A DNA stretch of 64,000 nucleotides, from positions 68,285,767 to 68,349,766 of the forward strand of contig NC_133617.1 in the NCBI RefSeq assembly GCF_048593235.1, in the 5' to 3' direction. The translations under genes were made by a program, and so were the position numbers. The notes under the pieces were generated by a model. That model was not told the origin of the DNA. It worked only from the letters and a program-made list of their open reading frames with translations, and ran no database searches. Within the stretch, counting starts at the first letter, position 1; every line of letters starts with the position of its first letter. The stretch comes from Sminthopsis crassicaudata. Taxonomy: Eukaryota. Shown in pieces: positions 26,834-41,540 of the stretch.

Positions 26834-27893
26834 TGTAATACTTGTAGGGGAGACAGCAATAATTTTAAGATCCCCTGACCTTGGGGGCTTCTGTTCTAAC
26901 AATTTGTCAATGATTCTAAATCTTCTGGCTTTGGAATCTGATTCTGAGGCCATCTGTTCTAAGAATGCTGCTATTATGTCAATGATAACAAATGTCCTCT
27001 GGACTAGGAATATAATATTTCTTTCCTTAAACTTTAGGTAAGATATATTAATGATCCTGAAATGGACAAAAAGCTGGCCCCCTCACCTGCTGGGTCAAGG
27101 GGGCTCAGGCTTATAGGAAAAAGTTACTTAAACTGCTTTTAGGGAAGTTCTATGTATAGACTGGGCCCCATTCCCTGGAGCATGAGACCCTGGATTTTCC
27201 GAGAAGTGTTGAAAGGCCAAACTTTCCGGGAAGTGTAAGGTTAACAAAGACAGGACAACATTGCATAAGGTGTCGAAAGGGTCCGTAGTGTGTGTTTAAC
27301 AAAGTCACTTCCCCATTGTAAATGAGAAACTGTATCAGCGATTCCCAAAATTTGTAACCACAAGGCTGTACCAGGATGTGGTAAACAGGCTTAAAAGTGT
27401 ACCTCAGTAAAGGTTTGAGGCTGATCTCTACTAGCCTGTCTAATGGGGTAAGTCGCTGGCCAGCTAATAAATGATGTTTTAAATTTAATAATCTGGTCAG
27501 AGCTGTCTATCTCGTGTCTGTCCATTTCAATCCTAAGACTATTGTTCTATCAATCTGTCTGTCAATGATTTCAAGTTTCCTGGCCTTAGAATAGTCCTAC
27601 CAACATTATTACTGTTGTTGGTCAGTGATAACCAAATTCTTGAGACCATTCTTTGATTCTACCTCTAGGCTATAAAATTAGTATATCAATGACATGAACT
27701 GGATAAATTTGTCTCTTTGCTCCATATTCTTTGCTAAACTCCTGGACTTTAGCCTGCTTCAATTGGCATTACAACTACAACAAACTTTGTCCCATGACTT
27801 GGACATGAGTTCGAGCCTGAAAATCCTTTTGAGATATCTCACAACATTGGTCTGTGACTCCCAACTTTTTGGGGTCCCTTCCCAACCTCAACA
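26834..27893 (+). mobile_element. Older solo LTR, split by the 27058-27529 LTR
   Basis: Both flanking parts align with the reverse complement of the 24184-24640 LTR; ends ...CCTCAACA; possible TTAGTG duplication at 26827-26832 and 27894-27899. Confidence 0.6.
27058..27529 (+). mobile_element. Well-preserved solo LTR (472 bp), perfect 11-bp inverted termini, 4-bp TSD ATCC; gamma/ERV1-like
   Basis: TGAAATGGACA...TGTCCATTTCA; ATCC at 27054-27057 and 27530-27533; AATAAA at 27466-27471. Confidence 0.88.
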
Positions 27894-28244
27894 TTAGTGT
27901 GACAATTGAGTCTATGTAAACTGACCAACAGCACCAAATTTTGAGAAAGCTTGAAAAAAAAAAAAGCCAATCTATGGTAGGAGAAACATGTATTACCAAT
28001 CTTTTGCAGGTTATTTCTTCTTCATATTTTTGCTAAACTCTTTATACTATCTTTGAACATCTTAACTAGGTGTCCCATAGGCATATAAAATTCAATAGTG
28101 TCAGGATAGAATCCATCATCTTACTCTTCCAAACCCTACCTTCCTCCAAACTTCCCTATTGCTCTCAGAGATACTACCTTTTTAAACTAGTTTCCTAGGC
28201 TAGAAGTCCAGGTATTATCTTTGATTTTTCTCTTATTCTCACTT

Positions 28245-29170
28245 CTTGTTTGGTCATGTAGTCATATCTGACTTCTTAACAGAAAGTTTTCTTGACCTCT
28301 TTCATGACCACATGGATCACAGAACACCAGACCCTTCTATCCTCCACTATCTCCTGAGGTTGCTTTCATGACTTTATCTACCTCTTCCTCTGCTATCCCC
28401 TTCTCCTTTTGCCTTCAATCTTTCCCAACATCAGGGGCTTTTCCAATGGACTCTGTTTTCTTATTGCAAGGTCAAGGTGTTTAAGTTTCACCTTCAGTGT
28501 TTGATCTTCCAGTGAATAGTCTCAGTTAATTTAAGTATTGACTGATTTGATCTCCTTGCTGCGCAAGGGACTCTCAAAAATCTTTCTCCAGCATAATTCT
28601 AAAGCATTTAGCTTTCCTCATAGTCCAACTCTCAGTCATTCATTGTTACTGGAAAAACTAGAGCTTTACATATGTTATCAAGGTGATGTCTCTACTTTTT
28701 GGTACCCTGTCCAGTTTTGCCATAACTTTGCTTCCAAGGCAAATTTCATGTGTGCAGGTGCCATCCGGTGTTCTTTGAGCCCAAGAATGTAATATCTGAC
28801 ACTGTTTCCATTTCTCCTTCCTCTATTTGCCAGGAAGCATTACCATGACCTTAAGCTTTTAAAAAATTTTTTTATTAATACTAAGCTTCAAGACAACTTT
28901 TATATTTTCCTCTTTCCCCTTTATCAAGAAACTGCCTGATAGTTCTTTACTTTCTGCCACCAGAGTGGTAATGTCTCTGCATGTTTCAGAATGCTGATAT
29001 TTCTTCCAGCAATCTTAATTCTGGTTTTTGATTTGTCCATCCTGACATTTCACATGATATACTATGCATATAAATTAAAGAACAATGTACAGCCTTGTCA
29101 TGATTTTTTTCCTAATCTTAAATCAGTTGTTTCACGTTTAGTTCTAATTGTTGCCTCTTGGTCCACATAC
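28245..29170 (-). mobile_element. Second BovB-like RTE fragment (3' region)
   Basis: Shares cttcaagacaacttttatatttt.ctctttcccctttatcaagaaa and ttgccttcaatctt with the 10.9-11.4 kb copy. Confidence 0.7.
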
Positions 29171-29732
29171 AAGTTCTTCAATAAACAAGTTAACCTGGCC
29201 CTGGGTAGTGGTGAGGGATCTGGGGTCAGGGGTCATTAGGGAGGGCAGGAATAGTGTGACCTGAGTTTTTGAGTATTGCACATACTCAGTTTATTTTTAA
29301 AATAAAATTAAAAAAAGAAAGTTTTTAAAAAGAAAGTTTATTTACTTTCACAAAATTTCTCATATGTGCCTTCTACTCATACACACAGCCATCACACTGG
29401 TAGAGTTTCTCATTAAATGAGAACATATATAAAGCACTCTGCAGACCATAAAGTGCTGTACAAAGACTAGCTTATTATGACTTTTATTAACTTAATTAAT
29501 CTTCCTACCTCAAATCTCTCCTTACTCCAATTCATTCCCATTCAACTGCCCAAGTGATTTTCCTAAAGCACCAACCTAGCCTTGTCACTCTCATGCTCAA
29601 TGTTAGTTACAGTGACCAGTGAACTATAAGATCAAATGCAAATGTTTATGTTTGACATTTAAAACTCTCTACAATCTGGTCACCTTTAGCACATATAACC
29701 ATATCATTTGTCTATTTAATAAGCTCCAAAAA

Positions 29733-29844
29733 GCCCTGAAATCAAGACAACCTGAGTTCAAATCTGGTCCCAGACACTTAACACTTCCTAGCTGTGTGAC
29801 CCTGGGCAAGTCACTGAACCCCAATTGCCTCAAGGAAAAAAAAA
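29733..29844 (+). mobile_element. 5'-truncated WSINE1-type SINE in L2
   Basis: cctgagttcaaatctggtcccagacacttaacacttcctagctgtgtgaccctgggcaagtcac; imperfect TSD aag(c/t)tccaa. Confidence 0.8.
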
Positions 29845-31130
29845 GTTCCAATGACTCATTATTATTATCTCTAAGATCTTATATAAAATTCTTTGATATT
29901 TAAACCTTTATAATCTGGCCCTTTCCTACTTTTCAAGTCTTTTTACATGTTAATCCCTTACTTGTTAATTTCCTGAACATATCATTCCATCTCATATCTT
30001 AATCCCTTTTCACTAGTTGGATATCCATCATTACTGGAATGTTCACCATTACCATGGATTTTTTCAAGACTGATCATATATCTAAGCTTTTGGAGGAGAC
30101 TTTCCCAGGTCTACTCCTTTCTCTAGACTTTCCCCCTTCCCCATATTCCATTTCTACTATGTATATCTTGTATATATAAGTATTTGTCTTCTCTACTAAA
30201 ATGTGAGTTCTTTGGGGGAGCTGGAACCATGACTTTTCTCTTTTTTTGTAACCCCAATGCTTAGCACAGTAGCTGGCATACAGTAAGTATTTAATAAATG
30301 CTTCTTGACCTTCATAAATATCAACATTTCTATATATTGCTGACAAAGTCCAGCAGCAAGAGATAGAAAGAGAAATTTCATTTAAAATAACTAGACAATA
30401 TAAAATATTTGGGAGTCTACTTGCCAAAACAAGCCCAAGAACTACATAAATGCAATTACAAAACACTTTTCACACAAATGAAGTCAGACCTAAAAAAGGA
30501 AAATAACAATAGTACCTACTGCATGACAAGTTCATTTGATTCTCAAAACAAACCTGCAAGGTAGATGCTGTCCCTATTCCCATTTTAGAGATGAGAAAAC
30601 TGAGGCAAAGTATAGATTTGCTCAGGGTTACACAGCAGTAAATACTGAGGCCAGGTTTGAATCCAGTCTTCCTTTCTCTAGATTTGGCACTCTCCACTGT
30701 GCCACTTTCAGAAATCTCATCTCTGACACAGAACATTCAGGGTTCTCATTTTCTAATTTGTAAAACAAGGGGGGGATCAGGCGGGTAATGAGAATGATGG
30801 GGAAAGAAGAGAAGAAAGGCATCAAAGAAACAGAAGAAATCAATAGTTTAGAAGAGGACTCCTCTTATTAGTATTGTGTTGGACAATTCACTTAAAACAT
30901 TGTATATAAGCTCATAGTTTCAAATATAATCTTTTCTGTTCTTTGTCCTTTGAAATGTTAGTATTTGTTAAGTTCACACGCAGGCAAAATGAAATTAACC
31001 ATACTCTTGTGAACAAATTCAGGAGCCAAATGGTGAAAGCTGCATGGAAAGCATTTGGGTCAGGTCCGGCAAGGGAAGAAGCAAAAGCAATTGTATCTTC
31101 TGAGTCTTCCCCTTTAGAAATGAGTAGTTT

Positions 31131-31279
31131 GGGGCCGCTAGGGGGCGCAGTGGATAGAGCACCAGCCTTGAATTCAGGAGGACCCGAGTTCAAATCTGGT
31201 CTCAGACACTTAACACTTCCTGGCTGTGTGACCCTGGGCAAGTCACTTAACCCCAGCCTCAGGATAAAAAAAAAAAAGA
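31131..31279 (+). mobile_element. Young full-length WSINE1-type SINE with 12-bp TSD AAATGAGTAGTT
   Basis: TSD at 31118-31129 and 31280-31291; A-rich tail; L1-endonuclease-like TT|AGAAA target. Confidence 0.92.
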
Positions 31280-32510
31280 AAATGAGTAGTTCTGAAAATG
31301 CATCACAAGTGTGGAAACTGAAGCACAGTATAGTAATGACGGTCAGCAGCAATCATCCAGAAATGTTGGCGCTGGCTTTCCTCAATAACTTTCCAAAGGC
31401 AGAGGGAAAGGCAAAGAAAAAAAAAATCTTGATTTTTTTTTTTTCTTTTTAAGGGAGTAAGTAATTACTAAGATGGGAATGGTTGATTATTGTTTAAAGA
31501 GGACCAAAGTGACATTTGTCTGTCCAACCGCAGCAGTTCTGCTACAAGTGAGGCAGGAATAGTCACGTGAAGGAAATGTTTCTGGATTTGCTCATCTCCT
31601 TCCGTCTGAGCCGGTAATTCTGCTTTGCTTCCAGAGCACAAAAGCTCTGGACCATGTCTGCCAATCAAAGCTCTTCGGGGGTAGCTTGAAAACTTCGGAG
31701 CTCCACGTCCACTTACCTTGAGCGAATTCTCCACACAATCGTCTCACAGGCTATTTTCATTTTGGGATGAAAGGAACGGAAGCGGCTATATGGCCTCTTG
31801 CTAATTAGTTGTGGTGGGTATTCCTTTTTGATTAGGACTTCAACTAGATCAACACTGAGGCTCCTTCCATATCTAGTCTATAAAAAGTGGCCGCTAGGTG
31901 GTGCGCGCCTACCCGAGGGTTCCTCTTCTCGCGCTCAGAGTTGTGACCCCGAGCACGTCGCTTCGCCCCGTTTGCCTCAGTTTCTCCTCCGTAAAACGAG
32001 CTGGTGGAGGAATGGCAAACCGCGCCAAGAAAACCTCGAATGGGGTCTCGGAGAATGAGACACAACTGAGCACGGGAGGGCCCGGCACAAACGAAAACAG
32101 GGCGAAAACTAGGCCCGGACTTGCAGGGCCCTTCCCGGCCTCTTGGCGATAGGGCGGGCCGGAGCTCGGCTTCTGGATCTAGGCTCAGGAGACGCCAGAA
32201 GAGGTGGGATGGGACCTGGGCGCCATCTCCTTTTCTTTCATCACTTCTCCAGCCCGGGGGGATGCGACACTAGGAGCCTCAACTCCGGCCTCCAGTCCCA
32301 TGCCTGAGACTCACGCGCCAGTCCCCGAGTCGAGTCTCCACCCCTTTGAGCCCCGCGAGGCACGTTGGGACATGTAGTCCTCTAGGCGGAGCCTAAGCCC
32401 CGCCTTCGTCCCCGTCCCGCCCCCGCCAAGGGTAAGATCGCTTCCGGGTAACAGGCGGCGTGCTGAGCCCGCGTCACCAGCTCTTTTGACTCCGCGGCTT
32501 CGGCTTCGGA

Positions 32511-36780
<4,270 letters not shown>

Positions 36781-37015
36781 GCATGAATGAGCCCATTCCT
36801 TCCTGGGGACAATGAGGAGCAACACCTCCCTTCCCCCCACAAAATGATGCCCTGTGTCTCCACTGGTTCTCCCCTGACCTTTGCACTGTGCTGCTCTGCC
36901 CCAGGACTCCTGGTTGTAGCTTTAGATTTCAGGGGCTTCTGGGGTCCTGTATGGGAGCAGTGTCTGAGCTGGCCTACTGTCCCAGAACTGACTCTCCAGG
37001 GAGTATGGATTTTAA

Positions 37016-37021
37016 ATTAAA
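37016..37021 (+). terminator. Candidate CLPP polyadenylation signal ATTAAA
   Basis: About 235 nt after the stop, followed by a U/GU-rich tract (ctttggtcactttttggtcc). Confidence 0.55.
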
Positions 37022-37599
37022 ACTTTGGTCACTTTTTGGTCCCTATTGTCTTCCTTTTTCTTAAGTCATCCAGAGAAAAGAAAACTTTGGCATCCCTCTG
37101 TTCAACAAATATACCTGGACAGTTCGGTGGCTCCCTGGATAGACCACATGCCTGGAGGACCTAAGTGCAAACTCAGGCCTGGGCAAGCCCCAAATGTCTC
37201 CAACACAAACACACACCCTGAGCCTCTCGCCCTAAATTTCCTCAAATATAAAGTGGACATCACAATAGCACCTGCCACCCAGAGAAGACTTGTACAGAGC
37301 TTTCTAAGTGCTCCAAGAATGCCCTCACCTGCGAGGGGACATCCTGCCCAGAAATCCCCTTGCTTCCTGCCCGCCCCACTCCCCCAAGCTGCTAGAGAGC
37401 ACCGGAGTTTGCTGCCTGGGACCCCACCGGGGCGTCCTTCCGTGGGCCAGATGGAACTAGAAGTTCTCTGGGCACACTTCCGGCCGCTAAACCATTACAG
37501 CATCACGAGGTCAAGTCTAGACTCGTGACAATTTAGGGATGGACATTAGGGGCCATCTTCAGACCAGCCCCTTCCTGCAACAAGCCAAAGTCTCGCGGC

Positions 37600-38650
37600 C
37601 AAAGAGCAGAAGCGGGGTTTCAGTCCAGTACAACTGGCGCCTCTGCCTTAGTCTCCGCGTTCCCGACCTCATTGCGGATCCCGGACGCCCTCCCCCGCTC
37701 CTCTGACTGCCGCTTCCTCGGAACTGGGCGGGCTGCCCTGGGGGCCACGTGCTCTAGGGCACCTGGGGAAGGCCCGGGGTCAGGAGGTCCATGTATTTCC
37801 TCGAGGGCGCCTCAGAGGTCACCGGGACTGGGGCGGAACCGGCGGTTTTCTGAAGTGGCCGCGAGTCGGATCGGTTAACGCCTCGCGGTGCCTTCCGGAG
37901 CATAGGGGCGGGGCCTGGAAGTAGCCAACAGCATTAGACCTCCGGAATGTCGCCACCCAATCGCTGAGGGGAAGGGGAGGGCCCGGGCTGGGCCCCGCTG
38001 CCCGGGCCGGCTGCGCGATGGTGTGGAGTGGGCGCCTGGCCCTGGGGGCGCTGCGGGCCCCGGGGCTGGGAGTCTGGCCCGGATGGCTGCGCGGCTCCGG
38101 GCCCACCGTGCTCCGCCGCTTGCGGGGTGCGGCAGTGGTGCGGCCTGGCTTCCTGAGTGCAGCGGAGGAGGAGACGCTGAAGCGGGAGCTGGAGCCCGAG
38201 CTGCGGCGCCGCCGCTACGAGTACGATCACTGGGACGCGGTGAGTGAGGGCGGCCGGTGCCCCCAGGGGGCGGTGTCGCACTGCCTACCTCCCCGTCTTT
38301 GTACCCCCCTTCCTCCGTGTTCTACCATCTTCTCCAGCCTGTGTCCCCGCAAATTCCCGGTGTCCCTGTCTCCACTACCTCTCCTCCTATTCCCTCCTCT
38401 CCCAAGTTCCCCCTGTACTCCCGGCACCCCCAGGACTCCCTGTAGCTGTCTCCTCCCGCCGCCCCGCTCCCCTGCCAGGTTGTCTCCGTGCGGGCCGGGG
38501 TTCTCCCCTTGGCCCCGCCAGGACCCCCATCCTCATTCCGCCAGCTGCCCCAGACCTCGCATCGGGACCTCCTCGGTGTTCCCTCGCACTGCGCCTGGCC
38601 CAGCGGGCGCCCCCTTGTGGTCATTGGCCACCGAGGACTGTGTGGCCCCA
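37600..38650. promoter_or_regulatory. CpG-island promoter/first exon of ALKBH7
   Basis: High GC and CpG density; GC box GGGGCGGGGC at ~37905-37914; TTCCGG-type ETS motifs upstream of ATG 38018. Confidence 0.7.
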
Positions 38651-40239
38651 GTCCCTCAGCCCCGGAGCTCCGGGCTTTGCCCCCAGTCTGGCTCCCTCCC
38701 ACTCTCTCTCCCAGCCTCTTCCACTGGGGTCCATTGGCATCCCAGTAGCTTCCGGGCTCCCCGGGACTCAGAACTAACCACTTGTTCTGCTTTTTGCAGG
38801 CTATCCACGGCTTCCGGGAGACAGAAAAGTCCCACTGGTCAGAAGCAAGCCAGGCCATTCTGCAGCGCGTGCGCGCCGCTGCCTTCCCCCCAGCTCTGGC
38901 CCAGCTTCCCATGGTTCATGTCCTGGATCTCCATCAGAACGGCTACATCAAGCCCCACGTGGATAGCATCAAGGTGGGCGGGGCACCCAGCCTGCAAGGG
39001 CAAGAGGCCGCTTCCCCAGGAGCAGGAGAGGCCCTTCTCTGGCATTGCCAGGAGATCCAGGGTCCTCCCGTCCTCCCCTCCCCTTGCGGGACTTTTGAAG
39101 GAGCCCTTTCCCTTTTTGGGAAGGATAGAAGGAAGCACTTATTAAGCAACTACTGTGCACCCAGCACTGTGCCAAGTGTCTTTTCCTCAAAACAGCCTGT
39201 TAAGTGGATGCTGTGATTCTCCCCACATTAAGGTTGGGAACCCTGGGACAGCTAGGTGGCGCAGTGGATGGAGCACCAGCCTTGAATTCAGGAGGACCCG
39301 AGTTCAAATCTGGTCTCAGACACTTAACACTTCCTAGCTGTGTGACCCTGGGCGAGTCACTTAACCCCAGCCTCAAGGGAAAAAAAAAGGTTGGGGACCC
39401 TGAGGCAGAGGTGAAGTACCCTCACCCATGACATCATGCTGCTAGGAAGTATCAGAAGCCAGATTTAAGCTCTCACCACAGCTTCCTCTGGGCCATAGCT
39501 GCACTCACTGTGATCTGGGTGCTGTCCGAAGTGCTTTACAAGTCTTACCTCATTTGATGCTGAGCAGAAGTTAATGACTCCTTCCATATCCTACCTAGTG
39601 AATCCCTGGGGCCAGATTTAAATCCCCTCTGCCCAGCTCTATCCACTGCGCCACCTAGAGGCTTCTTGAGCCTCAGTCTTCCCATCACTGAAATGGGATG
39701 ATCCCAAATTGCCTGTCTCCCTTCTGACTTCTTGTGGTTCTAATTCTCTGGCCAGTTCTGTGGCGGCATCATTGCAGGCCTCTCCTTGCTCTCTCCCAGT
39801 GTTATGCGGCTAGTTGACACCCAAGATCCTCAGGAGTGGTTGGAATTGCTCCTGGAACCTGGGTCCCTCTATATCCTCAGGTAAGACCACCAGAGGGTTA
39901 GAGCTCCTAGAAATGCGGTCCTAGATCTTTGGGGTCTCTTTAATTGACTTCATCCCTTGGCCCTGTGTCAGTCCTAGCCACTGGAATTCTAATGCTTGTT
40001 GTACTCCCAAGCAGCACATAAAGGGCACCGTGGTGGTGGGCAGCAAGCCAGTCCCTCAGGAACTGACCTAAGCCTTTCTTACCCTTCACACCAGAGGCCC
40101 TGCCCGATATGACTTCTCCCACCAGATCCTTCAAGATGAAGAGTCCTTCTTTGGAGAGCACCGGGTCCCACGGGGCCGAAGAATTTCTGTTATTTGCCGT
40201 TCCCTCCCTGAAGGGGAATCAGGCCCTCCATCTAAATGA
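38018..40239 (+). CDS. ALKBH7: Alpha-ketoglutarate-dependent dioxygenase AlkB homolog 7, mitochondrial, 221 aa. Exons 38018-38239, 38800-38973, 39756-39880, 40095-40239
   Basis: [10 protein letters not shown]...[18 protein letters not shown]|[13 protein letters not shown]...[10 protein letters not shown]|[19 protein letters not shown]...SLYILR|[12 protein letters not shown]...[11 protein letters not shown]. The HxD...H iron ligands and Arg residues are present. 222+174+125+145 = 666 nt; all junctions GT-AG and phase-compatible. Confidence 0.97.
39246..39386 (+). mobile_element. Young WSINE1-type SINE in ALKBH7 intron 2; 16-bp TSD (1 mismatch)
   Basis: AAGGTTGGGAACCCTG at 39230-39245 and AAGGTTGGGGACCCTG at 39387-39402; inserted into an older MIR-like element. 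Confidence 0.92.
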
Positions 40240-40283
40240 CTTCAAGTTCCCCGCCACAGGGCACTTTGTATAAAGTATTTATG

Positions 40284-40289
40284 AATAAA
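40284..40289 (+). terminator. ALKBH7 polyadenylation signal AATAAA
   Basis: Canonical hexamer about 45 nt after the stop codon. Confidence 0.7.
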
Positions 40290-40454
40290 GTTAGAGAAAT
40301 GATACTTGACCCCTGGATCTGGCTGCTATTGAACAAGAGAGAAAAGAACAGCTTCCCAACTGGATGGATAAAGGGCTTATTGCAGTCAGCCCTGAAGAAG
40401 AGAAGGACAGAGCCTGGCACACAACTAGTGCATAGAAGTCACAACACCCGTCTT

Positions 40455-40460
40455 TTTATT
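40455..40460 (-). terminator. PSPN polyadenylation signal AATAAA
   Basis: TTTATT on the + strand, about 220 nt past the PSPN stop. Confidence 0.65.
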
Positions 40461-40679
40461 AACAATGTCCCTCTTCCCCCAAAGCCTCGTTTCCATCACA
40501 CATTCTGGAGAATAGGATTAACTTTACCTCAGTTACCAAGTCCATAAATGTCTACTCTCAAGTGGGCCGAGATGCTGCTAAGGAGGACACAGTGGGCCCT
40601 GGCACAGAAGAGAAATGCATTTTACATCCAACCTCAGAGAAGGGAAGGGAGGGCAGGGTGGGTCTCAACAGGGGGCCTT

Positions 40680-41540
40680 TCAGATCCCACAGCCACAGGC
40701 GGCGGCAGACAGCTGGGGCAGGTGATGCCAGTGGTGGTTGTTGTCCAGGAAGGCCACATCCTCGTATCGGGTGGGGTGGCAGCAGGGCTGGCCCATAACC
40801 CGGCCCTCAGCTGAAAGCCTGGCCAGTGTCAGGCCATGGTGGGTATAAGGACTGTGGCAGCTGCCTGCACAGTATCGGAAGGCAATGGTCTCGTCAGAGT
40901 TGTAGCCGAGGCCCAACTCGGTCACTGGCAGGAGCAGGCTCTGCAGCTGACATTCAGTGGCAGAGCTAGGCAGGTCCCTGGATACCCGGGCTCTGGAAGC
41001 AGGTGGCAACAGGTGGTCCCCTAGAAGAAAAGAGAAGAGCAACTCATTAGGTATAGGGTGATTACAAGTGTAGGTAAACTGGAGACCTCTTCTGGAGAAC
41101 ACAGATCTTGCATCATTCTCAGAGCAAAGCTGCTTAAAATTCTTAAAATGATCTGGATAGGGTCATTAACAAGGTAAGGGTCAAAAAGTTAGGGTTTAAA
41201 GGTAAATGTTTGATTTGTATACCCATCAGATGTACCTATAAACACAGGGACATGCAAAAGGAATTTCAAGGAGAAAGTTTGAGAAGTCCTAACTTGAACA
41301 CACCACCAGCCCTTCCCCTACCCTGCTGGGGAATCCTTTACCTAGCCATGGCCTCTTGGTCCTGGAGGTTGGAGGCAACTTTCCGAGTCTGAGGTGTGAA
41401 GATCCAGGAACTGGACTCAGTTCCCCAGATGTGGGCTTCTCTTCCAGAGGTAGCCCTGGAGTTCTGAGGACAGAAGGCAGTTGCCCCAGACTAGGAGGCA
41501 ACAGAAGCAAAAAAGTGAGCAGGGTTGGTACCCCAGCCAT
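40680..41540 (-). CDS. PSPN: Persephin precursor (GDNF family ligand), 179 aa. Exons 41540-41342 and 41020-40680
   Basis: Signal peptide MAGVPTLLTFLLLLPPSLG; phase-1 intron (321 nt) at WLG|DHL; furin-type RVSR; mature domain with 7 conserved Cys (CQL..ELGLGY..FRYCAGSC..PCC.PTRY.DVAFLD...PQLSAAACGC). Its position between ALKBH7 and GTF2F1 matches human synteny. Confidence 0.95.

Noticed and set aside
30943-31452. 169-aa ORF upstream of CLPP
   Set aside because: It runs through a SINE ([24 protein letters not shown] is SINE translation, also seen in four other ORFs).
38018-39145. 375-aa ORF at the ALKBH7 start
   Set aside because: It is exon 1 reading into a GC-rich 560-nt intron and out of frame with exon 2. 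The spliced 221-aa model has perfect junctions.
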